Shown here: in pieces, positions 1-14,119 of the stretch
Layout of the letters: every line of letters starts with the position of its first letter
How positions within the stretch are numbered: position 1 is the first letter of the stretch
Assembly: GCF_963921235.1 (NCBI RefSeq)
Contig: NC_086097.1
Span: 16,492,001-16,556,000 of the forward strand
Origin: Mobula hypostoma
Taxonomy: Eukaryota
Length of the DNA stretch: 64,000 nucleotides
Reading direction: 5' to 3'
Program-made: the position numbers and the translations under genes
Notes under the pieces: model-generated
Seen by the model: only the letters and a program-made list of their open reading frames with translations
Told to the model about the DNA's origin: nothing
Database searches by the model: none

Positions 1-462
1 TGAGTATATATGTCACCATGAGATTAATTTTCTTTCAGGCATTCACAGTAAATACAAAGAATCAATGAAAATGCACACAACAAATAAGGACAAACAACCA
101 ATGTACAAAATACAACAAACTGTGCAAACATAGAAAGAACAGTTATAATAAATAGACAAGCAATAAATAGCGAGAACATGAGTTGCCAACTCCTTAGAGT
201 CTAGAGGTTGTGGGAACAGTTCAGTGATGGGGAAAGTGAAGCTATCTGCTTTGGTTCAAGAGCCTGGTAGTTGAGGGGTTATGACTGTTCCTGAACCTGC
301 TGGTGTGGGGCCAGAGGTTTCAATCCCCCTTTCTGATAGCAGCAGTGAGAAGTGAGCATGGTCTGGATGGTGCAGGATCCTTGATGATGGATGCTGCTTT
401 CCTGCAAAAGAGCTCCTTGTAAATGTACTCAAAGATGGAGAAGGGTCTACCTGTGATGGGTT
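1..462 (-). mobile_element. Rex/Babar-type LINE 3' fragment
   Basis: Same 3' UTR and ORF-end sequence as the copies at 14120-14700 and 19700-20160 (ggttcaagagcc...ttcctgaacctggtggtgtg). Confidence 0.75.
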
Positions 463-694
463 GCAAAACGACTAAAGGGAAGATGACTTTTTCAATGAGA
501 ACTGTTGAGACTTGGAACTGGAAGGTAATAGAAGCTGATTCAATAAAGAATTAAAAATATTGTACAGATGTTTGAACTTAAGGAGCTTATAAAGTATGGG
601 ATAATGCTATATCTCTTTTAAAAAGTCTAAGTTCAAATTAAGTCCTTTGCTGCATAGTTTTATAATACCTTTTGCAGAATAAATGCACTTACAG

Positions 695-3580
695 AAGATT
701 ATAAGACCACAAGGCAAAGGAGCAGAAGTTGGCCATTTGGCCCATCGAGTCTGCTCCGCCATTTTATCATGAGCTGATCCATTCTCCCATTTAGTCCCAC
801 TCCCCCGCCTTCTCACCATAACCTTTTTATGCCCTGACTACTCAGATACCTATCAATCTCTGCCTTAAATACACCCAATGACTTGGCCTCCAACTGCCAC
901 CCGTGGCAACAAATTCCACAGATTCACCACTGTCCGGCTAAAAAAATTTCTTTGCATCTCTGTTCTGAATGGGCGCCCTCAATCCTTAAGTCATGCCCTC
1001 TCGTACTGGACTCTCCCACCACGGGAAACAACTTTGTCACCTCCACTCTGTCATTACCGTTCAACATTCAAAATGTTTCTATGAGGTCTCCCCTCATTCT
1101 TTTGAACTCCAAGGAATACAGTCCAAGAGCGGTCAAACGTTCCTCATATGTTAACCTTCTCATTCCCGGAATCAATCTAGTGAATCTTCACTGAACCCTC
1201 TCCAATGTCAGCACAAAGGAGCCCAAAACTGCACACAATACTCCAAGTGAGGTCTTACCAGTGCCTTACAGAGCCTCAACATCACATCCCTGTTCCTATA
1301 CTCTATTCCTCTAGAAATGAATGCCAACATTGCATTTGCCTTCTTCACCACCGACTCAACCTGGAGGTTAACCTTAAGCGTATCCTGCACAGGGACTCCC
1401 AAGAGTCTTTGAACTTTGAATTCTCTCCCTATTTAAGTAATAGTCTGCCTGTTTATTTCCTCTACCAAAGTGCATAACCATACACTTTCCAACATTGGAT
1501 TTCATTTGCCACTTCTTTACCCATACTCTCAATCTATCCAAGTCTCTCTGCAGACTCTCTGTTTCCTCAGTAATACCGGCCCCTCCACCTATCTTTGTAT
1601 CACCAGCAAACTTAGCCACAAAGCCATCTATTCCATAATCCAAATCGTTGATGTACAAAGTAAAAAGAAGCGGCTCCAAAACAGACCCCTGTGGAAACAG
1701 ACCACTGGTAACCGGCAGCCAACCAGAATGGGTTCCTTTTATTCCCACTCTCTGTTACCTGCCAATCAGCCAATGCTCTATCCATGTATGTAATTTTCCC
1801 GTAATTCCATGGGCTCTTATCTTGTTTAGCAGCGTCATGTATGGCACCTTGTCAAAGGCCTTCTGAAAATCCATATACACAACATCCACTGCATCTCCCT
1901 TGTCTAGCCTACTTGTAGTTTCCTCAAAAAATTGCAATAGGTTTGTCAGACAGGATTTTCCTTTAAGGAAACCATGCTGCATTCTGCCTATCTTGTCATC
2001 TGCCTCCAGGTACTCTGTAACCTCACCCTTGACAATCGACTCCAACAACTTCCCAACCACCATTGTCAAGCTAACAGGTCTATAATTTCCTTTTTGCTTC
2101 CTTGCCCCCTTCTTAAATAGCGGAGTGACATTTGCAATCTTCTGGTCCTCCGGAACCATGCCAGAATCTATCGACTTTTGAAAGATCATTGTTAATGCCT
2201 CTGCAATCTCCACAGCTACTTCCTTCAGAACACGAGGGTGCATTCCATCTGGTCCGTGAGATTTATCTGTCCTTAAGACTATTCAGCTTCCTGAGTTCTT
2301 TCTCTGTCGTAATTGTGACTGCACACACTTCTCTTTCCTGACACCCTTGAGGTGTCCGGTATACTGCTGATGTCTTCCTCAGTGAAGACTGATGCAAAAT
2401 AATCCTTCAGTTCCTCTGCCATCTCCTTATCTCCCTATCTCCCATTACAATTTCTCCAGCATCATTTTCTATCGGTCCTTTATCTACTCTCACCTGTCTT
2501 TTACTCTTTATATACTTGAAAAAGCTTTTAGTATCCTCTTTGACATTATTCATTAGCTTCCTTTCATAGTTCATCTTTTCCCTCTTAATGACCTTCTTAG
2601 TTTCTTTTTGTAAGCTCTTAAAAAATTCCCAATCCTCTGTCTTCCCACTAATTTTTGCTTCCTTGTATGCCCTCTCCTTTGCTTTAACTTTGGCTTTGAC
2701 TTCTCTTGTCAGCCACGGTTGCATCCTTTTTCCATTCGAAAGTTTCTTCTTTTTTGGAATATATCTGTCTTGCACCTTCGTCACTTCTCGCATAAACTCC
2801 AGCCACTGCTGCTCTGCTGTCCTTCCCGCTAGTGTCCCTTTCCAGTTAACTTTGGCCAGTTCCTCTCTCATGCCACTGTAATTTCCTTTACTCCACTGAA
2901 ATACCGACACATCGGATTATGACTTCTCTTTCTCAAATTTCACAGTGAACTCAATCATGTTATGATCACTGCCTCCTAAGGGTTCCTTCACCTCAATCTC
3001 CCTAACCACCTCTGGTTCATTACACAATATCCAATCCAGTACAACCGATCTCCTAGTGGGCTCAACAACAAGCTGTTTTAAAAAGCCATCTCATAGACAT
3101 TCTACAAATTCTCTCTCAAGATCCAGTGTTTCTAATGATTTAATATTATTTCTTACCAATAAAGCCACGCCACCCCCTCTGCCTACCTGCCTATCCTTCC
3201 AATACACAGTGTATCCTAGGATGTTCAGCTCCCAGAGACATGCATCCTTTAGCCACGTTTCAGTGATGGCCACAATATCATACCTTCCAATCTGCAGCTG
3301 TACGACAAGATCATCCACCTTATTTCCTATGCTGCGTGCATTTAAGTATAACACCTTAAGTCCAGTATTTGGTACTTTTTGCTTTGATTGCACTGCAACT
3401 CATCCCAACGGCTGCAAATTTGCCCCATCACCTGCCTGTCCTTCCTGACATCTTTACTGCTCACTGTCTCAGATTTATTTCTGTTTTCCCCCTCCTCCGC
3501 TCTATCATTCCGATTCCCATCCCCCTGCCAAATTAGTTTAAACCCTCCCTAACAGCTCTATTAAACCTTCCCGCCAGGAT
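695..3580 (-). mobile_element. CR1-type LINE (HER1-like), decayed, with internal deletions
   Basis: Minus ORFs give APE endonuclease (YLNARSIGNK, AITETWL) and RT (NYRPVSLT, DFQKAFDKVP, PQGSVL) pieces; CR1 3' tail near 700. Confidence 0.92.
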
Positions 3581-3669
3581 ATATAATGCCAGAATGGTGA
3601 AACTCGGACACAGCTTTAAGCAGGTTCCTTCAGCAAGAACTGTATTTTATACCTAATTGACCAACTCTT

Positions 3670-4050
3670 CTACCCAATTTGGTCTGAGACATTACAGCAT
3701 CCTAGCTGTCTATGTCAAAGTTGATACGCAAACCAGGGCAGTACGACTTGGAGAGCAAACTATTGTTCAGGCAGCAGGCTCCCCTTTTCAAGCAGCTGAT
3801 AAATCCAAAAGAATGGCAGAGATCGACACAGTTTGGTAGCAGCAGCAGCATCGCAGGAGTTACCAGTCAGCATTTAACTCACAATAGGACTGCCTTGGGG
3901 ACTTCATCTCTGGATTTTTCCCTTGGGGTTTACTCCCAAAGCCTTTCCCATGAGTGGGTATATCTGTAAAGCAATGGAGATTTGAGATCAGAGTTTCCTT
4001 CTCCTTGATGAGCTGGCAACCAAGGCTGATGAGCCCCAACTGCCCGGAAA
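3670..4050 (-). mobile_element. RTE-related non-autonomous element, partial copy
   Basis: Reverse complement of 56010-56350, including GGAGAAGGAAA-CTCTGATCTCAAA, a motif typical of RTE 5' UTRs. Confidence 0.65.
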
Positions 4051-4170
4051 AGCTTTATGCTAAAGAATTCTGCAAGAGTCATTTTCTTTCACTAACATTA
4101 TAAGCCACAGGGCAGACATTACCTTTTTTTTTCAAAGAGTAATTGCAGTTTGACTGTCTGCAGAACTTAT

Positions 4171-6420
4171 AGAAACATAGAAACATAGAAAATAGGTGCA
4201 GGAGTAGGCCATTCGGCCCTTCGAGCCTGCACCGCCATTTATTATGATCATGGCTGATCATCCAACTCAGAACCCCGCCCCAGCCCTCCCTCCATACCCC
4301 CTGATCCCCGTAGCCACAAGGGCCATATCGAACTCCCTCTTAAATATAGCCAATGAACTGGCCTCAACTGTTTCCTGTGGCAGAGAATTCCACAGATTCA
4401 CCACTCTCTGTGTGAAGAAGTTTTTCCTAATTTCGGTCCTAAAAGGCTTCCCCTTTATCCTCAAACTGTGGCCCCCTGTTCTGGACTTCCCCAACATCAG
4501 GAACAATCTTCCTGCATCTAACCTGTCCAATCCCTTTAGGATTTTATACGTTTCAATCAGATCCCCCCTCAATCTTCTAAATTCCAACGAGTACAAGCCC
4601 AGTTCATCCAGTCTTTCTTCATATGAAAGTCCTGCCAACCCAGGAATCAATCTGGTGAACCTTCTTTGTACTCCCTCTATGGCAAGGATGTCTTTCCTCA
4701 GATTAGGGGACCAAAACTGCACACAATACTCCAGGTGTGGTCTCACCAAGGCCTTGTACAACTGCAGTAGTACCTCCCTGCTCCTGTCCTCGAATCCTCT
4801 CACTATAAATGCCAGCATACCGTTCGCCTTTTTCACCGCCTGCTGTACCTGCATGCCCACTTTCAATGACTGGTGTATAATGACACCCAGGTCTCGTTGC
4901 ACCTCCCCTTTTCCTAATCGGCCACCATTCAGATAATAATCTGTTTTCCTATTTTTGCCACCAAAGTGGATAACTTCACATTTATCCACATTAAATTGCA
5001 TCTGCCATGAATTTGCCCACTCACCCAACCTATCCAAGTCACTCTGCATCCTCTCAGCATCCTCTTCACAGCTAACACTGCCACCCAGCTTCGTGTCATC
5101 CGCAAACTTGGAGATGCTGCACTTAATTCCCTCATCCAAGTCATTAATATATATTGTAAACAACTGGGGTCCCAGCACTGAGCCTTGCGGTACCCCACTA
5201 GTCACCGCCTGCCATTCTGAAAAGGTCCCGTTTATTCCCACTCTTTGCTTCCTGTCTGCTAACCAATTCTCTATCCACATCAATACCTTACCCCCAATAC
5301 TGTGTGCTTTAAGTTTGCACACTAATCTCCTGTGTGGGACCTTGTCAAAAGCCTTTTGAAAATCCAAATATACCACATCCACTGGTTCTCCCCTATCCAC
5401 TCTACTAGTTACATCCTCAAAAAATTCTGAGATACGTCAGACATGATTTTCCTCTCACAAATCCATGCTGACTTTGTCCGATGATTTTACCGCTTTCCAA
5501 ATGTGCTGTTATCACATCTTTGATAACTGACTCCAGCAGTTTCCCCACCACCGCCGTTAGGCTAACCGGTCTATAATTTCCCAGTTTCTCTCTCCCTCCT
5601 TTTTTAAAAAGTGTGGTTACATTAGCCACCCTCCAATCCTCAGGAACTAGTCCAGAATCTAACGAGTTTTGAAAAATTATCGCTAATGCATCCACTATTT
5701 CTTGGGCTACTTCCTTAAGCACTCTAGGATGCAGATCATCTGGCCCTGGGAATTTATCTGCCTTCAATCTCTTCAATTTACCTAACACCACTCCCCTACT
5801 AACATGTATTTCGCTCAGTTCCTCCATCTCACTGGACCCTCTGTCCCCTACTATTTTTGGAAGATTATTTATGTCCTCCTTAGTGAAGACAGAACCAAAG
5901 TAATTATTCAATTGGTCTGCCATGTCCTTGCTCCCCATAATCAATTCACCTGTTTCTGTCTGTGGGGGAACTACATTTGTCTTTACCAGTCTTTTCCTTT
6001 TTACATATCTATAAAAACTTTTACAGTCCGTTTTTATGTTCCCTGCCAGTTTTCTCTCATAATCTGTTTTCCCCTTCCTAATTAAGCCCTTTGTCCTCCT
6101 CTGCTGAACTCTGAATTTCTCCCAGTCCTCAGGTGAGCCACCTTCTCTGGCTAATTTGTATGCTTCTTCTTTGGAATTGATACTATCCCTAATTTCTCTT
6201 GTCAGCCACGGGTGCACTACCTTCCTTGATTTATTCTTTTGCCAAACTGGGATGAACAATTGTTGTAGTTCATCCATGCAACCTTTAAATGCTTGCCATT
6301 GCATATCCACCGTCAATCCTTTAATTGTCATTTGCCAGTCTATCTTAGCTAATTCACGTCTCATACCTTCAAAGTTACCCCTCTTTAAGTTCAGAACCTT
6401 TGTTTCTGAATTAACTATGT
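4171..6420 (-). mobile_element. Young 5'-truncated CR1 LINE; RT region broken by one frameshift
   Basis: ORFs 5417..6364 and 4267..5400 (FADD catalytic motif intact); (TTTCTATG)n tail; AACTTAT duplication at 4164-4170 and 6441-6447. Confidence 0.95.
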
Positions 6421-7844
6421 ACTGTTATAACAACTTAAGTAACTTATGTACTGTTATAACAACTCCCAGCATTGATAAACACTGAGCTCTTCCTCATAAT
6501 AACCTTTTGGTGAAAAGCGTTGACACTGGCCTATGATTAGGACACATGGATTTACAAGGAATAAATTAAGCACAGAAGAGACACTTACAAGGAAGAAGCT
6601 TGCACGATTCTTCTATATTATCAATGAAGGACAATTCTCAGCAACTTTCAAAGAAACATTAGAAAGCTCAAACACACTTGCACAGGTTGCCAAATGCTTT
6701 GCTTGATCACTCAGGTGAGCTGCATACATCCAGATTTGGAATTACGCAAATCGCAAGGGAGTTGCACTTATTGCTAAGAGTAAAATGTTGTTTAAGAGTA
6801 AAGATGTTGTAGCAGCGCACATATATTACCCCATACCATACAGAAGGTAGATTGCTCTATCTAAAATTATGTTAGTTTTTTTTTTAGTATTACAATGGTT
6901 GTAATGTCACTTACTTCTAATTAATTTTCAAAAAGAGTTCTTAATTGTGTTGCCTTAGCTATTTTCACTCTATTTGGAGGTCTTCAGAGCTAAGTACAGA
7001 TAACAGGTAAAGATTATACCTGTTAGCCCCATAACCTGTTATACCTGGGCGAACTACCTACACTGTACATTATGTTCATACTACAGATCTACTGGTTGAA
7101 AATTTCATTTGTACTGTAGACTAAGTGGAGAACTACAAGTCTTTGTGCGGAAAAGGATTTAAACAGGAGACTATTGCTGAGTCTTCTCCAAAAGACTTAG
7201 GTTGTTGAACACAAAGCTGGATACCCTGTAAATCCAAAATGGAATGCTGTCTTAACAAGAATAACTCTAAAATACCAGTTCTTAAAGTTAATAACACAGA
7301 AGAGTTGTTGGCAAATCAAAGAGTATAAAAGGAGAAAAATACCAGCACACTTTGGCTTCCCCACACTTCTGGTTCAAGCTGTTCATGGAACAAATAAAAA
7401 AAAGGTTTGATATGATATTCCAATTACCATGGGAACCTATGACATTCAGACAAACAGAAAGTCTGTTTATGGCTCTTCAGAACCTCTGGAGCCTTGCACT
7501 AAATGCCCATATTGAACAAATTTCTCTCCAAGCAGAAATGACCTTGAATTGCTTTATCCATAAAACTGATTTATCATGTTGGGGCAATGAGAACAGAACT
7601 TACAATGAAGGAGGTGGCTGACTTTTTAAAGAACTGCATTCTGTGTAGTTGTAGTGGCTCTGATACAATCCAGTGCATATTTCACAATTTCTTACGGTAA
7701 TGGAGTTGGATGTTTGTCCTAGCTAGTCCAGGCCTCATGCAAAGCATTCTCATTCTCACATTTAATTCCAGATCACCCATTCTCTGTCGTAATCCAACAA
7801 GCTTTCTGACACTCCTGATAGCCATGTAGCAATTTAGATTCTAG

Positions 7845-10290
7845 ATTACAGAGGCACTAGAGAGGAGTTGTCGAGAATTGATTGGAAAAGAATACTGGCA
7901 TGGATAATGGCAGAGCAGAAATGGCTGGAATTTCTAGAAGCAATTCTGAAGGCAGAGGAGATTATATATACACACATCCCGAAGAGGGATTCTAAAGACA
8001 AGATGACAACTGTGGCTAACAAGGGAAGTCAAAGCCAACATAAAAGACAAAGAGAGAACATATAATAAAGCAAAAATTAATTGGAAGTTTGAGGATTGGG
8101 AAGCTTTTGAATACCAACATTAGGTAACTAAAAATGCCATTAAGAAGGTAAAGGTGGAATACAAAAGTAAGCTAGCCAATAATATGAAAGAGGACACCAA
8201 AAGTTTCTTCAAATACATAAAGTGTAAAGGAGAGGCAAGAGTGGATGTCAGACTGCTGGAAAACAATGGTAGAGGGGTAGTAATACTTATTGAGTAAGTA
8301 TTTTGCATCAGTCTTCACGGTGGAAGCCACTAGCAGTTTGGTGGAAGTTCCAGCTGTCAAGGGGCATGAAGTGTGTGAAACTGCCATTACTAGGGAGAAA
8401 GTTCTTGGGAAACTGAAAAGTCTGAAGGTAAGTAAGTCACCTGGACCAGATGGTGTACACCCCAGAGTTCTGAAAGGTGTGGCTGAAAAGATCATGGAGA
8501 CATTAGTAATAATCTTTCAAGAATGACTAGATTCTGGAATGGTTCCAGAAGACTGGAGAATTGCAAATGTCACACCATTCTTCAAGAAGGGAGAGAGACA
8601 GAAGAAAGAAAACTATAGGCCAGCTAGTCTGACTTCAGTGGTTGGGAAGGTATTGGAGTCGATTATTAAAAATGAGGTGTTGGGTACTTGGAGGTATATG
8701 ATAAAATAGGCCATAATCCACATGGTTTCCTCACGGGAAAATCTTGCCTGATAAAACTTTTGGGATTCTTTGAAGAAATAACAAGCAGGATAGACAAAGG
8801 AGAATTGGTTGATGTTGTGTACCTGGATTTTCAGAAGGTCTTTGACAAGGTGCCACACATGAGGCTGCTTAACAAGCTACGAGTCCATGGTATTACAGGA
8901 AAGATTCTAGTTGATTCTGGCTGATTAGCAGGAGGCAAAGAGTGGGAATGAAGGGAACCTTTTCTGGTTGGCGGCTGGTGACTAGTGGTGTTCCACAGGG
9001 TCTGTGTTGGGACTGATTCATTTTACATTATATAGCAATGATTTGGATGATGGAATTGATGGGTTTGCTGCAAAGTTTGCAGACAATACAAGGTGGAGGG
9101 GCAGGTGGTTTTGAGGAAGTAGAGATGATACAGGACTTAGACAGATTACGAGAATGGGCAAAGAAATGGCAGATGGAATACAGTGTCAGGAAGTGTATGG
9201 TCATACACTTTGGTAGGAGAAATGAATGAGTTCACTGTTTTCTAAATAGTTCAACATTTCCATTTAATATGAGGGAAATGTATGCAATATACATCCTGAA
9301 ATTCTTTTTCTTCACAGACATCCATGAAAACAGAAGAGTTCACCAGAGAAAGAGTGACAGTTAAAATGTTAAAGCCCCATAGTCCCCCTTACACCCCCCA
9401 CACACAAGCAGCAGCAGAACAACAACCCTCCCCAACCCCACCCACTTCCACAAAAAAAATCTGTACCCTCCCACCCACTCAGTAAGCAATAGCAAAGCCC
9501 ACAAGAAAGACTGTAGTACAGCAAAAACTAATTTTTCACCCGACAAAGAAAAGAAAATACAAAAACGGAGGCACAAAGGGACTTGAGTGTCCTTGTGCAG
9601 GATTCCCTAAAGCACAATTTGCAGGTTGAGTCTGAGGTGAGGAAGGCAAATGCAATGTTAGCATTCCTTTCAAGAGGACTAGAATATAAAAACAAAGATG
9701 TAATGTTGGGACTTTATAAAGCACTGGTGAGGCCTCACTTGGGGTATTGTGAGCAGTTTTGAGCCCCTTATCTTAGAAAGGATGTGCTGATGCTGGAGAG
9801 GCTTCAAAGGAGGCTCATGAAAATGATTCCAGGATTGAATCGCTTGTCATATGAAGAGCATCTGATGGCTCCATGCCTGTATTCACTTGATTTCAGAAGA
9901 AAGATGGGTGATCTTATTAAATCTTATCGAATGGTGAAAGGCCTAGATAGAGTGGAGAGGAGGTTTCCTGTAATGTGAGAGTCTAAGACCAGAGGACACA
10001 GCCTCAAAATAGGGAGGCATCCTTTTGGAAAGGAGATGAGGAGGTATTTCTTTAGCCAGAGAGTGGTTAATCGGTGGAATTCTTTGGCACATGCAGCTGT
10101 GGATGCTAAGTCTTTATATATATATTTAAGGCAGAGGTTGATAGATTCTTTGTTGGTTAGGGCATGGAGGGATCTGGGGAGAAGGCAGGAGATTGGGGCT
10201 GAGAGAAAAATTGCATCAGCCATGATGAAACGTCAGAGCAGACTTGATAGGCCAAATGGCCTAATTCTGCTCCTTTATCTTATGGTCTTA
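7845..10290 (+). mobile_element. CR1 LINE, decayed, interrupted at about 9250-9548 by an unrelated insertion
   Basis: ORF pieces KSPGPDGVHPRVLK, DFQKVFDKVPH and YFFSQRVVNRWNSL; CR1 tail ...ctaattctgctcct...tcttatggtctta. Confidence 0.9.
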
Positions 10291-10299
10291 TTAAGGGCA

Positions 10300-10472
10300 A
10301 TTTATAGTAGCCAACAACTTGGGATCTGAGGAAAAAGCCAGAGCACATGGACAAAATCCTGTGGTCACAAGGCGAACGTGCAGATTCCACACAGAGAGCA
10401 CCTGAGGTCAGGATCGAACACTGGATTGCTGGTGCTGTGAAGCAGCAACATTAATTGTTTTGCCATTGTGTC
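10300..10472 (-). mobile_element. tRNA-derived V-SINE (HE1-like) fragment
   Basis: Reverse complement shows a B-box-like TGTTCGATCC and a V-domain-like GTGTGGAATCTGCACGTTCGCCTTGTGACC. Confidence 0.7.
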
Positions 10473-10939
10473 ATCGTATCAGGACAATTCAGATAGTAGT
10501 CAAGACATAACCATGAAATTGTGGAACAGGAGTCACCAACTGGCCACTGGTTTCTTTACCCGTCGCCATTGTGAACCTGACAGGTTTGCAACAACAATCC
10601 ATCTGTTTCAAGGTCACTCTTTACTGTCTAATTCTTGGGCTACATTTTACTTACAAATTCTTTTCCACATAGAAGTGCTGAAAAATTTGTGGTTTCTGCA
10701 CTATTTACACAAATGTAGATCCCAAACTTGGTGGTGAATTTTGCCTGCAAATGCCTACCTGCTCTCTGAAGTTGGACTCTCCTTGAAATTCAGCAACAGT
10801 GTGAAGTAACAGCAAGTCACCACCATTTAAGACAGGGAATCTGCTCAAACACCCATTCCTTCTATTAAGTTCGATGAAGGATAATAGCTAAGAGGAAATA
10901 GTGCAATTGTTTTTATTTTTGCAATTGTTTCTGAAGTAA

Positions 10940-11166
10940 GACTATAAAATATAGGAGAATTAGGCCATTTGGCCCATCAAGTGCTCTGCCACTTCAACAT
11001 TTACCTCTCAACCCCAATCTCCTGCCTTCTTCCCGTATTCCTCCATGCCCTGACATCAAGAATCTATCAACCTCTGCCTTAAATATACCCGATAACTTGT
11101 CCTCCACAGCCACCTGTGGCAACCAATTCCACAGATTCACCACTCTCTGGCTGAAGAAATTCCTCC
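10940..11166 (-). mobile_element. CR1 3'-end fragment
   Basis: Matches 700-950 (ggccatttggcccatc...aattccacagattcaccact). Confidence 0.85.
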
Positions 11167-11684
11167 AACTTCTTCAACCGATTAGTATTTTAATAGCTTT
11201 GGAGTTCTTTTTTGGAATATGCTTTAGTCAGCTAGCAAAGCATTTTCAACAACTTTGTGCATAGGACTTCATTCTGCCTCTCCATGTTACAGGACTGAGC
11301 ACCAGGGGTTAGGCCACTTCCAGCTAGCAATTTCTCATACAGAAATAAATAAGTGTAAACTTAATTCAGAGATTAGCACTAAGTGTAGACAGCTCATAGC
11401 CGATCTCATACATGAACACTTTAATATGTATATTTATAAAATGAATTGAAATCCTTGTTGAGATAATGGTGTTATTAATTCAGTACTCTTGATTACTGCT
11501 CCCCAAACCCATTTAGTTAACCAGAGATGGTCATACTTATTGCAATTAATACATAGGAAATTGCCAGGCGTAAATTATTTATAGCCAGAGTAGCTTGGGT
11601 GCCAGCTCCATGGAGGGAACTATCATATGCAGGTTCTTCGCCAGAGGAGTCAGATTTTAATGAGGCAGAAACAGGCCGTGACTA

Positions 11685-11835
11685 ATGGATGAAGATCAAT
11701 TTCTCTAACTACTGGTAATTTCTCCCCGCCTTCTCTTCACTCCTTTTCCATTCCTCATTCTGCCCCCCCCACACCTTCTCTTCTCCTCAGCTGCCCATCA
11801 CCTCCCTCTGCTGTGTCTTCTCCTTCCCTTTCATT
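11685..11835 (+). mobile_element. Penelope-like element relic (ORF end plus CT-rich tract)
   Basis: atgaagatcaatttctctaactactggtaa resembles the end of a Penelope ORF as I recall it, followed by a polypyrimidine tract. Confidence 0.45.
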
Positions 11836-12059
11836 CTTCAGTCATCTTCAGCTTCTTCTACTACTAGAGGGAAATAACTGTTCAGCAGCGAAGTTATAAC
11901 CAGTGCACAGAAGTTGAGGGACAGGCAATAACTAAAGGAACTCAGGCACAAAGTGCTTTGGCAAGGTTAATTAGTTGTGCAATGTAAAGTTTTGTTGATT
12001 AAATGTTAAACATGTTTATCGTGTTGAGTTAGTTCTCAGTAGTTACAGTCACCAAGAGA

Positions 12060-12862
12060 TTGCTGACCTGCTACTTTCAGAATCAGAATAATTATCACTG
12101 ACTTGATAGCAAACAGTGAAGTAAATTTACAGAAACTAGTATCTACCATCAACACAGAGCGAAAGACTTGGCCTAACCTTAAACAAAAAGAAAACTGAAG
12201 TAATGGTAATATCAAAGAAACCTGATATCCCAAACTGTAGGATTGTATTGGCAAATGAAATCTTGAAACAAGTTCACAACTTCAAGCACCTTGGATCATG
12301 GGTAACATCTGATGGCAAATGCGAAAGAGACATAAAAGCAAGAATAGCAATGGCAAGAACAGCATGTACAGAAATGAGAAACATCCTAACGAACAGGAAA
12401 ATAGCAATTGACATCTGCCTTAGAACTCTCAGCTGCTACATTCTTCCTATATTGATGTACGGCTGCGAGTCATGGACCATCACAAACGCAATGGAAAAAC
12501 GAATCAATGCAGCAGAGATGTGGTTCCTCAGAAGAATGCTACGCATATCATATACAGACAGGATAACCAATGAAGAAGTTCTACAGAGAACGAAAACAAA
12601 ACGTACATTACTTTAAAAAAAAATCAGAAAACAGAAATCAAAATTCTTTGGACACATCATGCGAAGAGACACATTAGAACATTTAGTTACAGCTGGAAAG
12701 CTGGAAGGAAAAAGCAGAGGCAGAGAATGAAAATGAAAGATGGAATAACATCATGGTTAGAAACAGGGGAGGCAACAACTACAATTCGGAGGGTCAGGGG
12801 CTGTGATGGATGGAGAGAAATGATCGCCCACGCTGAACGGGCAGGGCTCCTGAATGAATGCA
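12060..12862 (+). mobile_element. RTE-clade LINE 3' fragment
   Basis: ORF 12203..12616 (FKHLGS, ILMYGCESWT, AAEMWFLRRML); ends in a (TGAA)n tail at about 12851-12860. Confidence 0.9.
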
Positions 12863-12879
12863 TGAACATTACTTGAAAT

Positions 12880-13190
12880 TTGTTTAGTAACAAGAAGACA
12901 GCATACCCCAGATGGTGAGCACCCTTGGCGAGATGCCGGCTTCTTGAGGTTGTACCTCTTGAAGATGTCCTCAATGGTGAGTGTTTCAGTAGTGGAGCTA
13001 CAACCCTCTGCAACCTCTTGAGATCCTGTGCATCGGAGTCTCCAAGGCAGGCTGTGTTGCAACCTGTCGGAATGCTTACCACTGTACATTGATAGAAATT
13101 TGTAGGTCTTTGGTGACATAATGAATCACCTCAAACACCAACTAAGGTAGAGCAGCTTGCGTGCCAGCTTCATGATTGTGTCAATGAAGT
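12880..13190 (-). mobile_element. Rex/Babar LINE fragment
   Basis: LKRLQRVV and TIEDIFKR-like residues in minus ORFs. Confidence 0.7.
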
Positions 13191-14119
13191 GGTGGGTATG
13201 CCTTCTCCGTGTGATGTTCAGGACGCCTTGGTGAGATGCACAATGCAACCTCAGTACATTGGTGTAACTAGTAACACTAGACTGCTGATCAGAATGGCAA
13301 CCAAGGAGACTACTTTGTCCTCAGTAGCCCAGTTTCTGCAATATAACTGGAGCTACACTCAGCAAGGCAAGGAGAGAACTTCTTTTCCTAACTTTGAATT
13401 GTGCCTTGTAGGATTTCAAGGGGGAATAGTTAGACTACTTGCTTTGAAGACAGTTATTTGTACACAACAATACTTTAACAGTTTGTCACAATCCAGCTGA
13501 ATATGGGCATCAACTGCTTCTCTGCACATGTCCTTAATCAGTCCAGTGGGAGCATCAGGAAAATCAGTGCCATCACTTGCTCTAATTAAAGGGAGGGTAT
13601 TTCACTGTATGTTCCAGCCCCTGATAAATTACCGACGATGCGTTAAATGCCAAACAAATACATACAAATATATGTTGAATACACACACAAACCAGTTCAA
13701 ACAATTGAACAAAATATTTTTCTCTTTTGCATTCTTATATCACTATGTTTCTTGTTGAAGATACTGTACATGGATGGCACATGCAGAAGGTCCTATTGGA
13801 ATGGGGGCTTGAAATTTGGGGAACAATCCTTGCCCCTCACAAACTAGTTAATAGTCTAGCATTGCAACTTAAATGTGATCATAGCAGACTGCTTCAGAAT
13901 AGAGAAAAAAAGTACACAAGGCTCCTCGGTACATGACACTGACCATTAGGATTCTCTTCCAGCAGCAGCACCTAAAATTCATGATTAGAAATGAGCCCTT
14001 TCTTCTTGTGAACAGGTCAGGGTTTCTATATGGAGTTTATACTGACATTATGAGGCCCAGTATTCCATGAACCATAACATTGCCTGCTGTACTTGAGCAG
14101 GTAATGGATTATCTTCAGA

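Noticed and set aside
4026..4056. Plus-strand CTGATGA...GAAA resembling a hammerhead core
   Set aside because: The intervening GCCCCAACTGCCCG cannot form stem II, and the sequence is the antisense of an RTE-related repeat
4244..5359. Long plus-strand ORFs (230 and 134 aa)
   Set aside because: Antisense shadows of the CR1 RT frame
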